Below are positions 37,924 to 50,805 of a stretch of 64,000 bases of DNA, in pieces. Every line of letters begins with the position of its first letter. Within the stretch, counting starts at the first letter, position 1. This DNA comes from Chiloscyllium plagiosum. Taxonomy: Eukaryota. The translations under genes and the position numbers were made by a program. Location: the NCBI RefSeq assembly GCF_004010195.1, contig NC_057754.1:4177937-4241936 (forward strand), written 5' to 3'. The notes under the pieces are model-generated. The model did not search any database, was not told the origin of the DNA, and saw only the letters and a program-made list of their open reading frames with translations.

Positions 37924-38043
37924 CTCTGCATTTCCCACTGCTGTCCAGCTGGAAGCCTTTGTAGCATTCACACCTGTTTCGTCCCCGGACACATCTTCCA
38001 TGCCTGCAGGAACATTCCTCGGAGTCATCATCAGAACTGTTAT
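37924..38043 (-). CDS. LTBP3: LTBP3 exon (acidic linker plus compact EGF)
   Basis: ctacag|..|GTCTGT; DNSSDDDSEECSCRHGRCVRGRNRCECYKGFQLDSSGKCR. Confidence 0.9.
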
Positions 38044-39494
38044 CTGTAGAGGAAAATAAATCAGAGAAACCCCACACAGCCATGGTTGTGGCTGAATGTA
38101 CTTTAGTGCCACAGATAATTACTGGGAATCACATTTTCCTAACTACCGTTAGTTCTGAGGAAGGGTCACTCAACCCAAAATGTTAACTTTGATTTCTCTT
38201 CAGCAGTTCTAGCAGCATCTTTGAACTTTTCCAGCAACTTCTGTTTTTGTTACTGGGAGTCGTGGGGTTGGGGAGGATGTTTTTGGACGTTACAATGGAA
38301 GTTTTCCTTGGGAAGGAAGTTATCAGCATGCATCACTCTCCATCCCGGATCCTTAATGCTAAGGGTGAGGACTGCTGAATAGAGAACACCCCACTATGCG
38401 CCTTTGCCAACTGTGGAGGTGGAACTCCAAAAGTGACCCAATGGCAAATGAAGGCAAAGGCATACAGCAACAGCCCATTCAGGAAAGCAGTGTTCTGTCA
38501 AAGCTGTGCAGCCATACAGTCACTCCAAGGGTTTTTGCATGTTGATCGGCGTGTTAGCATATGAGCCTCCAGTTTTGAAAGTTGCTGCCATATCTGGACC
38601 TTGGATGTCCACATATTGGAATATTACAGGAAACCCCTTTGTGCTGACTGGAAGGACATAAAGGAACTTCCCAAGGTAGCTCAAGTCCCTGAGTGTGCCT
38701 CAGGTTCCCCAATGTGAAATTCTATCCAAATGGAATTGCGCTCAGACGGAAGGCCACTGGAAAATTAAGGTACCAGGACTGAATGCTGTTTTAAGTTTCT
38801 GGGTGACTTTGGTCATGTTCTGGACACAAATTGATGTTCACCCAGTAAGTTCCTGAAGCATCATCCAGCCTGCTTCTCTGCCACCCAGCACCTTTCTCCA
38901 GGACTGGTCACGTGAGCTTGGGCCTGTCCACTTTAAAGAGCTCAGTTGCACATGGAGTCAATGAGATATTGAAATCACTTTGACCCCATGAGAGTGTTGG
39001 GGTGTTGGTACACTGGTAGAGCTAATTTGTTGGATGCTCTACAAGGTTCACTGAAATTGGATTATTTAATTATGGGACAAATGGAATGACTGAAGGGTTG
39101 CAATGCATAGTCAGCCAGGTCTATAATAAGTTTAGTGTATAACTTACTCCAGCCTTTCAACTTCCTGAGATCTCTGCACTCCTTTGATTCTGGCTACTTG
39201 AGCTTTCCTAACTTTCACTGCATTATTACTGGCCATGCCTTCAATTGCCTGGGTACTCGTCCTTTAGAATGCCCTCCCTAAACCTCTCTGCTTCTCTTTC
39301 CCCTCGTTCTGTGATCCTTCTTAAAACCAACTCTTTGACTAAACTTTTGATCAGCAGTTTTCATCCCTACACTTAGCTCGGATTCAAGTTCTGTTTGATC
39401 AAGTCCAGTGAGGCACTTTAAGAGGTTTTGCTAAATTGATGGCGCTAGTTAAATGCAAGTTGTTTAATGCGATTGTCGAGGGGCAGAGACTCAC

Positions 39495-39605
39495 CATCGC
39501 TACTCTGTGAAACGTCCATCTGTTCATTCTGTCTCGGATCCACCCCTCGGCCTGGCCGCACATTCGGAACCCATCGTGTTATGTTGCACAGGTGAGAGAA
39601 GCTGG
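39495..39605 (-). CDS. LTBP3: LTBP3 exon (end of last TB domain plus linker)
   Basis: ttgcag|..|GTGAGT; 111 nt, phase 1-1; ASFSHLCNITRWVPNVRPGRGVDPRQNEQMDVSQSSD. Confidence 0.85.
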
Positions 39606-39781
39606 CTGCAAAGGACAAAAGCTGGTGTTAATGGAGTGAACACCTCCCTTGAATAACCACTGAAAACCTTCCCCATTGTGTGTTGGCAGGAGGTGGCTGA
39701 TTAGTTCAGGGCCTGAATGTGTAGTGGGGACAGTTCCCAAAAACCAAGCCTGTGATTGGTCGTCACAGGTTTATTTGGAAG

Positions 39782-39815
39782 CACTAGCTTTCAGAGCCTT
39801 GCTCCTTCATCAGGT
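39782..39815 (-). ncRNA. Minimal hammerhead motif (left arm, LTBP3 sense strand)
   Basis: cac-CTGATGA-a-ggagc-aag-gctct-GAAA-gcTA-gtg. Confidence 0.65.
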
Positions 39816-41197
39816 GGTTGTGGAGCATAAGACGCAGAATTTATAGCAAAGGATTACAATGTCATGCAACTGAAATGACATATTGAAAGTCTTTCATTTT
39901 TTAGAATGGGTTGCAGGTTTCAGTTCATTAATATGTAAATCCCAGAACTTCTTTTAAGTCACCTTCTCAAGATAACTTAAGGTTTTATAACAAAAGATGA
40001 CATCTCCGCTCAAACAACGCATTAAAGGTGTGAGGTTAGAGTGTCTGTATCCCCGTCTTGAGTCAGACTGGCTCTACTTCCAAAGTGGAATTTACAAAAT
40101 ATTTCATGTATTGACTGCCTGAAAGTTGTGCATTTTTTGAGCAAAATCAAATGTATCTGCAAATATAATTCTGCAAATACAAATTCACCTCATAGACTTG
40201 TGTTTGCATGTGCATGAGAGAGAGTGTGTGTGCATGTGAGAGAGCGTGTTTGCATTTGTGAAAGCTTGGTAAAGTGTGTCTGTGTGTGTGATGGAGTATA
40301 AGCCTGTGAGAGGGTGGGTGGGTATGTATGTGTGGGGGGGGAGGGTGGTTTTGTGTGTGTGTGTGTATAAGAGAGGATCTGCGTGAGTGTGTGAGTATAT
40401 GTGAGTGTGAGAGAGCATGTATAGTGTAGTGGGGTCACTTGTAGTGTGGCATGAGCAAAAGGTCTTGGTTGAGGCCATCATGGATACCAAACTTAGCGAC
40501 CAGCCTCCGCTTGACAATGCAAAGTGGCCGAGCAAAGGCTGATAGTCAAATTTGGTACCTATGAGGATAGACTCAACTGGAACCTTAGGTTTATGTCATA
40601 CAACAGGTGACCCCACTACGTGATACACTCTCTCGTGCACACACACTCTAACATACTCATGCAGACCCTCTTTCATACAAATGCGCTCTCTCAGACACAA
40701 CCCCCCACACTCCCACCCACACACACACACTTTACCAAGCTTTCACACACACAAACACACACTGTCTCAAGTGCACTCATATGCGCAAACACACATTCAG
40801 TCACACTCTCTCTCGGATGAATTAACATTGGCAGAATTAATTTTGCAGATACATTCTATTTTGCTCAAAAATGCACAATCTGCAGGCAGTCAATCCATGA
40901 AATATTTTGTAAATTCCACTTTGAAAATAGAACCAGTCTGACTCAAGACTGGGATACAGACAGACTCTGACCTCACAGTTTTAATGCATTGTTTGAGGTG
41001 AGGTGTCATCTTTTGTTATAAAACCTTAAGTTATCTTGAGAAGGTGACTTAAAAGAAGTTCTGGGATTTACATATTAATGAACTGAAACCTGCAACTCAT
41101 TCTAAAAAATGAAATACTTTCAATATATCATTTTAGCTGCATGACACTGTAATCTTTTGCTATAAATTCTGTGACTTATGGTCTTATGCTCCACAAC

Positions 41198-41232
41198 CAC
41201 CTGATGAAGGAGCAGGGCTCTGAAAGCTAGTG
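41198..41232 (+). ncRNA. Minimal hammerhead motif (right arm)
   Basis: cac-CTGATGA(41201-41207)-a-ggagc-agg-gctct-GAAA(41222-41225)-gcTA-gtg. Confidence 0.65.
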
Positions 41233-41469
41233 CTTCCAAATAAACCTGTCAGACTAAAACCTGGTGTTGTGTGATTTTTAACTTTGTCCACCCTGGTCCA
41301 ACACCGCTCCTCCGCATCATGCTGTGAGGGAAAGCCGACCCCCTGTTAGATATCTATCTGATAGGGTGGCGTGAAGAATCCCATACTGTGGCCCATCCCA
41401 TAAGTGTGCAAGTGTGGATAGGGGAGAACAGATACAAACCCCCTGTCTCATTGTTGAGTGAATGAAACA

Positions 41470-41805
41470 CTGGCAGAGACCTGCATTCCATCGCAGCATA
41501 TAGAGGATGTACTGTCAGAGAGCCCCATCCAATCATTGCCTCAGGAAGAGATTTGCAAAGGAAGAGCCCAGTCCTAACACCGTGAGGGATTTTGCAGAGG
41601 AAGAGGCCAGTCTCATCACTATCTGTGCGAGGGATTGACACAGGAAAAGTCCACTCCCATAAATGTTGGTGTGATAGATGGGCAGAGGAAGAGCCAGTTC
41701 CATCGCAGTCTGGGTGAGAGATGGGAAGAGGGAGAGGCCAGTCCCGTCGTTATCGGGGCGAGGGAGAGGCCAGTCCCATCGCTATCTCTATGGCGGTGGG
41801 GGTTT
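41470..41805. repeat. Degenerate minisatellite of about 40 bp
   Basis: Recurrent gagg(a/g)agaggccagtc(c/t)catc units. Confidence 0.6.
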
Positions 41806-41971
41806 GCAGACCCAGGGTGCTGTTTTGACTGTTTTACCACGGTGTGCATGTCAATCTAGGAGGTATCGCAGACACGGAACCCTATCCCACCATTCCTGAA
41901 ATGACCCTTGAGCGAGGTGTAGGTGAGGGTCTGCTCCCATCAACAGGAAATGCGGTGTGACCCCTTCTCAC

Positions 41972-42127
41972 CTGACATTCTCATGGGGCACATGCGACAG
42001 TCCATTCCCCAGGCCTGCCCGTGCTGGCAGCAACACTCCGAGAAAGTGGTCTGGTACAGAGGTTGACTACATGTGTAATCCTTGCTGATATGCTTCCAGC
42101 AGAGGTCGCGGTCCGTGTCTGCCCGGT
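41972..42127 (-). CDS. LTBP3: LTBP3 exon (last 8-Cys/TB domain)
   Basis: ttacag|..|GTGAGA; DRADTDRDLCWKHISKDYTCSQPLYQTTFSECCCQHGQAWGMDCRMCPMRMS. Confidence 0.92.
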
Positions 42128-42480
42128 CTGTAAGCGCATGAGGCAAAACGAAAGAAGAGAGATCTGTTAATGTTTTTCTATTCAAACTCCTTCTCCCCCC
42201 CCCCCCCCCCATTCTCCCGCTCTGTCTTTACTGCATGAGGGCCCTCCTCTCCCTCCCAGCTGACACCTAGAATGCAAACACAGGAGAATAAGCATGTGAT
42301 TCCTGAGAAATATTGAATATGGGAGGGATGGAGGCAAGATGCTGTTGCAGAAAAGGAATTAATGATTTGACAGTCAAAAATCATTCAATTGTACAATTAT
42401 CATCTTGTTTTCCTCATTGAAAGAACATCTGGTAATTGATACATTGGATGAATGTGGGATTGGGATAACTGGCAACGGGA

Positions 42481-42789
42481 TTAGATTACATTACAGTGTG
42501 GAAACAGGCCCTTCGGCCCAACAAGTCCACACCGCCCCGCCAAAGCGAAACCCACCCATACCCCTACATTTACCCCTTACCTAACACTACAGGCAATTTA
42601 GCATAGCCAATTCACCTGACCCTGCACATCTTTGGACTGTGGGAGGAAACCGGAACACCCGGAGGAAACCCACGCAGACACAGGGAGAACGTGCAAACTC
42701 CACACAGTCAGTCGCCTGAGGCGGGAATTGAACCCGGGTCTCTGGCGCTGTGAGGCAGCAGTGCTAACCACTGTGCCACCGTGCCGCCC
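42481..42789 (-). mobile_element. Young full-length HE1-like SINE
   Basis: CpG-intact ggcggcacggtggcacagtggttagc head through gaagggcctgtttccacactgtaatgtaatc tail. Confidence 0.9.
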
Positions 42790-42811
42790 ACACGATGTTT
42801 TAACTAGAGTT

Positions 42812-43025
42812 GATATGGAGGTGTCGGTGTTGCACGAGGAGTGGACAAAGTTAAAAATCACACAACACCAGGTTATAGTCCAACAGGTTTATGTGAATGT
42901 ACAAACTTTTGGAGCGCCGCTCCTTTGTCAGCTAACTACATGACAAAGCAGCAGCACTCTAAAAGCTTGTACTTTCAAATAAACCTGTTGGAGTATAACC
43001 TGGTGTTGTGTGATTTTTTAACTTT
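42812..43025 (-). mobile_element. Fold-back PLE-terminus mini-element
   Basis: Arms aaagttaaaaatcacacaacaccaggttata... / ...tataacctggtgttgtgtgatttttaacttt; same family as 16960 and 41250. Confidence 0.75.
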
Positions 43026-43280
43026 AAGTGGAGTTGACAAATGTGATCTCTTTGCCCTCTAACTACTCCAATTCAGCTACAACCTGTAAAGTGGATTGTG
43101 ATAACTTAGCAGCATTATTTCTAGAGTATTAATCGGGGCACCTGCCTAATGTTCTGGGAGAACCGGGCTTCAAATCCCACCATGGCAGATGGTGGAATTT
43201 GAATTCAATACAAATCTGGAATTAAGAGTCTGAAGCGGAGCATGAAATCATTATGAATTGTCACAGAAAAACCTATCTGA

Positions 43281-43610
43281 AGCACTGCTGCATCACAGCA
43301 CCAGGGACCCAGGTTTGATTCCAGCCTTGGGTGACTGTGTGGAATTTGCACATCTTCCCTGTGTCTGTGTGGGGTTTCCTCGCTTAGTCCAATGATGTGC
43401 AGGTTCGGGTGGGTTGGCTGTGCTAAATTGCTCTATAGTGCCCAGGCATGTGCAGGTTAGGGTGGATTGGCTGTGCTAAATTGCCCATAGCCTGGACATG
43501 TGGATTAGACATGGGGAAATGCAGAGTTTTGGGGAGAGGGGGTGAGTCTGGGACGGTCAGTGCAGACTTGATGGGCCAAATGGCCTGTCTCCACAGGGAT
43601 TCTACGATTC
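43281..43610 (+). mobile_element. HE1-like SINE nested in an older SINE
   Basis: SINE head, core and tail motifs; related copies at 12310-12570, 34064-34236, 45635-45921, 48098-48445, 54226-54540, 56192-56528 and 57770-58090. Confidence 0.75.
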
Positions 43611-44089
43611 ATGTCCTCTTTGGAAAGAAAAATGTTATCCTTCGCCTGGTCTGGCCTACATGTGACTCCTGACCCAAAGCAATATGGTCGACTTTTAACT
43701 GCCCTCTGAAATAGCCTGAGGTGAAGACACTCTGTTGTAACAATCACCACGTAGCCTAAAAAGAAGTGAAACCAGACGGACCACCTGGCAATGACCTAGG
43801 CACAGGAAACAACCCTGCAATGTTGTGGGTCTACCTACAGCACATGGGATGGATGCAGCAGTTCAAGAAGGCAGCTCACCATCACCTGCTCAAGTGTGAC
43901 TAGGGATGGGTGATACATGCTAGCCCAGCCAGCAATGCCCATGTCTCTAAAAAATAAAAAAAAAATGTTATGCCCTCTGTATGAGCAAAGGTCAAAACAA
44001 GAGTTGGGGGTCATCTAATGAAAGTTCTAGGAGAGCATCAGACCCTGAGTTGGCAACCTTACTGTTGGGTGGCTGCAGTCAGCACCTAC

Positions 44090-44230
44090 CGATAAGGACC
44101 ACTGGCTGCACGCAACGCCTCTTCACCTTGTCAAAGGTCATTGGTGGAGGGCAGTGGCAGGTGAAGGACCCCTTGGTGTTGATGCATCTTCCGCTGGGGC
44201 AGCTCTGAACGTCTTGGCACTCATCCACAT
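44090..44230 (-). CDS. LTBP3: LTBP3 exon (cbEGF)
   Basis: cctcag|..|GTAGGT; DVDECQDVQSCPSGRCINTKGSFTCHCPPPMTFDKVKRRCVQPVVLI. Confidence 0.93.
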
Positions 44231-45015
44231 CTGAGGGGGCACATGAAAACCGTTCAGACAGGCAAGAACAATTCCAATCCAACAGTCTGGGCATGACTCA
44301 CTCGCTGAGTGGGCAGTTTAGTGCCTAGCTTCATCAACCGGAACCAGGCCAGAAATGGAAACCACATGACTAGTCATTTACTCTGGACATGTTAATTGGT
44401 TGATTGCACTTCCAAGTCATTGACGTTTTTGAGATGTTTTGGAAAAGAAATTCATTCATGAAGACTGAATTCCTGGATCTCTCTCTCATTCAGATGTAAA
44501 GTGCTCAGTGGTCTATTTGTCTCATTCTTAGGACATTAGTCAATGTAAAGAAACCCTTGCTTCCTTCGAAAGGAGCACACATATTTGGGAATACTGCCTG
44601 TGCTACTCCCCATTGTCTAACCTGTACAGAGTCTTCCACTCCCACTTGTTTACACGATGATGGACTAATGGTTTAATCCAGTGACTCATGTAATGTTCCG
44701 GGTCACTTTCGAATCTAACTGTGGAAAATGGTGGAATTTGAATTCAATAATAGATCGGGAATTAAGCGTCTCGTGATGACCGTGCAACTGGTGTCGATTG
44801 TTGGGGGAAAGAAAAAGGAATTCCACTGTCTTTACCTGGTCAGGCCCACATGTGACTGCAGACCCACTGTGACCCTTAATGGACAGTTAGGGCTGGGCAA
44901 TAAATTTGCCTATCCAGTGATGCCAACATTCCGTAAGTGAATTTAAAAACAGTTAATGAAAACAGGGTGCCATGGCAAGAAGTGATTACTGTGGGATTTC
45001 AGAATTCTTCCTCAC

Positions 45016-45144
45016 CCAAACACTGAAACAGGGCCCCATCGTAGTAGAAGCCTTGCTTGCAGTAGCACTCAAAGCCAGGCTGGGTATTCATGCAGAATCC
45101 TTCCTTGCAGATCTCCTGGCCGAACAGCGTGCACTCGTCAATGT
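45016..45144 (-). CDS. LTBP3: LTBP3 exon (cbEGF)
   Basis: ctccag|..|GTGAGG; DIDECTLFGQEICKEGFCMNTQPGFECYCKQGFYYDGALFQCL. Confidence 0.95.
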
Positions 45145-45279
45145 CTGGAGTTGGAAGCAATTGGAACATGATTAAGCTCTTGCTCTCTTAAGCCCGTCCC
45201 GATAGAGTACACAAGATGTCATAATGAAGTGTTGGAAAATGGGATTGGCGTAGAGAAGTCAGTGCAGACTCAATGGGCT

Positions 45280-47400
45280 GAAAGGTTAAAAAGACTAGAT
45301 TTGTTTTCACTGGAAAGATGGCGGCTGACAGGAGACCTGATAGAAGTCTACAAAATTATGAGAGGTGTGTTTGGGGTGGATAGTCAGATGCTTTTCCACA
45401 GGGTAGATGTTTTAATTACAAGGGGGCAACAGGTTCAAGGCGAGAAGGGGAAAGTTTAAGCGAGATGTGTAAGGGAAGTTTTTCACAGAGAAAGTGGTAG
45501 GAGCCTGGAACACACTGCCAGAAGAGGTGGGGCAAGTAGGCACATTGGCAACAGTGAAGAGGCATCTGGATGGTTACATGAATAGGGAGGGAATACACAC
45601 AGACACACCGAATAAGGGCAGAAGGCTAAAATAGAATAGAATCGCTACAGTATGGAAACAGGCCATTTGGCCCAATAAGTCCACATCAACCCTCTGAAGA
45701 GTAACCCACCCCCTACCGCTCTACATTTTTCTCTGACTAATGCATCAAACCTACACATCCCTGAACACTATGGGCAATTTACCATAGCCAATTCACCTAA
45801 CCTGCACATCTTTGGATTGTGGGATGAAACCCACACACTCACGGGGAGAATGTGCAAACTCCCCATTGAACCAGGGTCCCTGGTGCTGTGAGGCAGCAAT
45901 GCTAACCACTGAGCCACCGTGTTTTTTAGTTTAGTTAGGGCATGATGATCCACACAGGCTTGGAGGGCTGAAGGGCCTGTTCCTGTGCTATACTTCTATT
46001 TTGTTTTTTTGTTGTTGTGCTGTGTGTCTCTGGGACAGTTCCTGAGGGCAAACATGCACCAAGAGTGATAGGCCACAGGGTCAGAACAGCAGGGGGCTGA
46101 CACAGAACTTCCCCTTTGGTCCCAGTTTAGCAATCCCAGGTAAAGAAGCAAATTGAAAACCCTGCCTCCCCCTCCCTACATACTGATCCCTATGAGAAAG
46201 GACTGTGAGCAATTCTCATCCCTTATATATTGACATTGGAGGGCAGTCCACAGGAGGGTCACTAGGCTTAGCCTGGGTGTGGAGGGTTTGGGCTGTACTC
46301 ATTGGAGTTTAGAGGAATGCAAGGTGTTACTGGAATGTACAAGATTTTTTAGGGGGCTTGACAGGGTACATGGGGACAGGATGAGAGTCGGAGGGCATAG
46401 TCTCAGAATAATGGTGACCCATATTAGGCAGAAACGAGGAGGAATTTCTTCCGTCAGAGGGTAGTGAATCTGTGAAATTCTTAACCACAGAGAGCTATCA
46501 AGTCTGGGATGATTAAGAATTTTCAAGGCTGAGAACTGGGTTATGGGGAAAAGGCAGGAAAGTGGAGTTGAAAATAATTGGATCACCATGATCGCATTGA
46601 ATGGCAGAGTAGACCTGAGGGGCTGAATGGCCTACTTTTGCTCCTATGTAGAGTCATAGAAGATTACAGCATGGAAACAGGCCCTTCAGCCCAACTTGTT
46701 CATGCCGCCCAGTTTTCACAATTAATCTAGTCCCATTTGCCTGTGTTTGGTCCATATCTCTTCATACCTATCCCATCCTTGTACCTGTTGAAATTTTTCT
46801 TAAATGACAAAATTGTACTCACCTCCACTACTACCTCTGGCAGCCTGTTCCAGACACTCACCACCCTCTGTGTGAAGAAATTGCTCCTTTGGACCCTTTT
46901 GTATCTCTCCCTTCTCACCTTAAACCCATGCTCTCTAGTTTTAGACTCCTCTACCTTGGCTATCTACCTTATAAAGTCAGAGGTGGACAGCATGGAAACA
47001 GACTCTTCGGAACAACTTGTGCTTTCCAACTAGATATCCTAAATTAATGTAGCCCCATTTGCGGCATTTGGTCCATATCCCTCTAAACCCTTCCTATTCA
47101 TGTAGCCATCCAGATGACCTTTACATGTTGTACCTGCCTCCAATACTTCTGCTGGCAGTTCATTCCATACAGGTACCACCCTTTGCCTGAAAATCTATGC
47201 CTCTCATGATCTCTACAAGGTTGCCCCCTCAGTTTCCTACGCTCCAGGGGAAAAAGTCCCAACTTCTCCTTATAACTCAAACCTTCCATTCAAGGTGGCA
47301 TTCTAGTTAATCTTGTCTGCACTTTTTCTAGTTTAATAACAGCCTTTCTGTAGTAGGGTGCCCAGAACTGCATGCAGTCCTCCAAATGTGGCCTTACTCG
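45280..47400. mobile_element. Cluster of CR1 3' fragments in both orientations
   Basis: LDLFSLERWRLTGDLIEVYKIMRG (+); FFTQRVVSVWNRLPEVVVE (-). Confidence 0.75.
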
Positions 47401-49030
47401 TCCAATGAGTATTCATGAATGTGGGTGTCAAGTGAGGACTGGAACTGGATGTAAAATCCTTTGCAATCAAGCAGCCTGCCCACATCAGAACCATGCCTGA
47501 GAAGAGATGGGTAATGACCAGGAAGTGGGCGCAGTATGGAATCAGTGTGGGATTGCAGGAATTCAACTCACGAACCAGATTAACATGCAGTTGAGATCCT
47601 CTTCAGTCGAGATTGGCCCTGATCTTACAAAATGGCAGAGTGTGCTCAAGGGGCAGAATGGCTTAACACTTAATTTGTAGATTCATGTACATATTCAACA
47701 TGCTATAGTTGAAGGAAGATAGGAAGCCCAGTCTCTAAGTTTGCTGAAATTTAAGAAAACAAAGTGTGTAGGACTAAGTTCATGGTAGGTGTACTTCAGT
47801 GTGGGAAATCACGGTGTTTTCCACTTCAAACCCAAGAAAGGTAGGGGTGAAAAGCCAAAAGCTATGGACAGACAGAAAGATACGAGTACAGCACAACAAC
47901 AAGTCACACTTAAATAGCACCTTGTCCTTCATAGGAGCGAAAGCTGGACAGAATGGACAGAGCCCCACCCACAACTGAACGTTTGGCCATAGAAGCTTTG
48001 AGGAGGTATCTTCAAGGAGCAAAGGAGAGGTTTGGGGAGAGAATTCTAGAGAGTCTAGGTGGCCGAAGGTGTGACTGGAATGGTACAAGACCAGAAATGG
48101 TGGCTCAGTAGTTAGCACTGCTGCCTCATGGTGCCATGGATCTGGGTTTGATTCCAGTCTCAGGTGACTGTGTGTGGAGTTTGCACATTCTCCCTATATC
48201 TGTATGGGTTTCCCCCTAGTGCTCTAGTTTCCTCCCACAGTCCAAAGATGCGCAGGTTTGGGTGGATTGGCCACGGGAAGTTGACACAGAGTGTCCAGGG
48301 ATGTGCAGGTGAGACGGATTATCCATGGGAAATGCAGAGTTACAGGGATAGCGTAGGAAGGTGTCAGTTTGCATAGGATACTCCTCTGGAGGGCAGGTGT
48401 GGTCTCGATGGGCTGAATGGCCTACTTCCACACTGCAGGGATTGGATAAAATCAGGAAATGTACAAGAGGCCTGAATTGGACGGGGCTCAGAGATGTGGG
48501 ATAGTTGCAAGGAGGAAAGAGGTTACTGAGACAGGGAGTGGGAGGGGAAGGGGAGATTACAGAGGGACTTGAAACCAAGAAGGAGAATTTTTAAAACTGA
48601 GAGTTTATGGGGCCGGGAACCAATGTAGCTCAGTGAGCCTGGTGGGGTCAGGGACGGGTGAACAGGATTTGGCATGAGATAGGATGCAGGCAGTTCTGGA
48701 TGGAATTCACAAAATTGTCAAAAAGCTAGAACTCTCTCCGCCCAAACAGAGCTGTTCAGGCCGGGGGTTAATTGAATATTCCAGCCTGTTAAGGTGAGAC
48801 TTGAGTCCAGGCACACTTGGACCTGAGTGTACTGCGGCACAACAGCCTCATGAAGAAATTGACCAACGCGCCACACTATTAGAGATTGAAACTGTTGGAA
48901 GAAGGTTGAAAGGTAGAGTTAAGATAAGTGTGATGGAAGTGAATGGCAGAACAGGCACAAGGAGGTGAATGGCTTCCTGTGCCTGAGGCAGCCTCTACAG
49001 GGAATCAAAGTGGCGGCTGACTGTACTCAC

Positions 49031-49117
49031 CTCTGTATGATGGAAGCCCCACTCCAAACAGATTGTCGTCGGTCACCAGGAATCCCTCCCCGTCTGGACA
49101 GAGAGACTGAAATTCAG
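49031..49117 (-). CDS. LTBP3: LTBP3 exon (end of TGF-beta-binding TB domain)
   Basis: tttcag|..|GTGAGT; AEFQSLCPDGEGFLVTDDNLFGVGLPSYR. Confidence 0.93.
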
Positions 49118-49395
49118 CTGAAAGGAGAGAAAATCGGGAATAGGTGGACAGATTACTAAAGAGCACACAGACTGTAGTTTCTCTGAACCTGGGGAGGCAA
49201 GGCTCACAGAACTTCAATCTGGAAAACGTGGGCCTGAGCAAATATTCATCAGTGCAGGAAATAGACAAATCTTTAAAGAGGCTTTTCAAAAGCGGAGGGA
49301 ACTGTGTCTGTTATGGACCAGACTATATCCTCTCAGAGTATTCTGAGAAGGTAGCCTATACCCTACCTTTTTCTTAGTTTTGAAGGCAAATGTGA

Positions 49396-50468
49396 AGTCA
49401 TAGAGACGTGCAGCACAGAAACAGATCCTTCAGTCCAACTATTCCATGCCGGCCAGATATCCTAAATTAATCTAGTCCCATTTGCCAGCATTTGACCCAT
49501 ATCCCTTGAAACCCTTCCTATTCAAGTACCCATCCAGATGCCTTTTAAATGTTGTAATTGTACCAGCCTCTATCACTTTCTCTGGCAGCTTGTTCCACAC
49601 ACGCGTGGAACATTTGCATGAAAAAGTAGCCCCTTAAGACCCTTTTAAATTTTGCCCTCTCTTTGTAAACCTATACCCTTTAGTTTTGGATTCTCCTCCC
49701 TGGGGAAAACAGCTTGGCTATTCACCTTATCCATGCTCCGCATGATTTTATAATCCTCTATAAGTTCACCCCTCAACCTCCAACACTCCAGGGAAAATTC
49801 AGCCTGTTCAGCCTCTCCCTGTCGCTCAAACCCTCCAACCCTGGCAACATCCTTGTAAATCTTTTCTGAACCCTTTCAAGTTTCACAACATCCTTCCTAT
49901 AGCAGGGAGACCAGAATTGAACGCAGTATTTCAAAAGTGGCCTGACCAATATTCTGTACAGCTGCAACATGACCTCCCAACTCCTGTACTCAATGCGCTG
50001 ACCAACAAAGGAAAGCATACCAAACACCACCTTCACTATCATATCTACCTGCGACTCCACTTTCAAGGAGTTATGAACCTGCACCTCAAGGTCTCTGTTC
50101 AGTAACACTCCCCAGGATCTTACCATTAAGCATATAAGTCCTGCCCTGATTTGCCTTTCCAAAATGCAGCTCCTTGGCCCATTGGCCCATCTCATCAAAG
50201 TCTGATGTAACCGTCTTCACTGTCCACTACACTTCCAATTTTGGTGTCATCCATAAACTTACTAACTATACCTCCAATATTCACATCTAAATCATTTACA
50301 TACAGAACAACCTTGATTATCGGAACGAGATGGGCGGGAAGTATTTTGTTCAGAAAACTGATTGTTCAGATATCGTTTTTACGGGACCTTGAGATCTTGT
50401 TCTGATAACCCAAAATTCGGATAATTGATGTTCGGATAACCAAGTTTGTTCTGTAAATGATGAAAAGC
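49396..50468 (-). mobile_element. CR1 LINE 3' part
   Basis: ORF 49773-50198 contains EVMLQLYRILVRPLLKYCVQFWSP. Confidence 0.85.
50303..50453. mobile_element. Tc1/mariner-pogo-type MITE (151 bp, 24-bp TIRs, TA TSD)
   Basis: ta-CAGAACAACCTTGATTATCGGAAC ... GTTCGGATAACCAAGTTTGTTCTG-ta. Confidence 0.8.
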
Positions 50469-50560
50469 GCCACGTTCCAAATGTGCTGCAACTGGTCAAA
50501 CTACTCGACATTAAGCAAAACATAATTTATTTAAATGCTGTAGTTAAAGTACAACCAAAG

Positions 50561-50805
50561 TGCCGAGCGTAGCTGTTCTGCATTTTGTGTTTTTTTTGGG
50601 TTTTTTTGCTTTTTTTTGGTGTTGCTTTGCACAGTGTTAGGGTTTGTTTTGTATTAGAGGGTAAGTTAATAGTTAGGAGATAGTAGTATTGTAATTTGTG
50701 TTTTTCTTTTTATTATACTGATATTTGTTAACGATTGTATTTTTCAATAAATTTATATGTTTGTAAAGTTAAAAAAAATTTGCTAATAAATGTATTTACA
50801 AATAA
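50561..50805 (+). mobile_element. L1-like 3'UTR retro-insertion with 15-bp TSD
   Basis: TSD aaagtaca(a/t)ccaaag at 50546-50560 and 50806-50820; T-rich body, AATAAA signals, A-rich end. Confidence 0.65.

Larger units (their letters stand above)
39765..41319. mobile_element. About 1.5-kb fold-back Penelope-like insertion (inverted arms of about 0.72-0.75 kb)
   Basis: 39765-40511 is reverse complementary to 40531-41249; centre encodes a GIY-YIG tail VAEQRLIVKFGTYEDRLNWNLRFMSY. Confidence 0.85.

Noticed and set aside
42481..42789. tRNA-like A and B boxes
   Set aside because: SINE head, not a tRNA gene; no full cloverleaf, and it is joined to a SINE body
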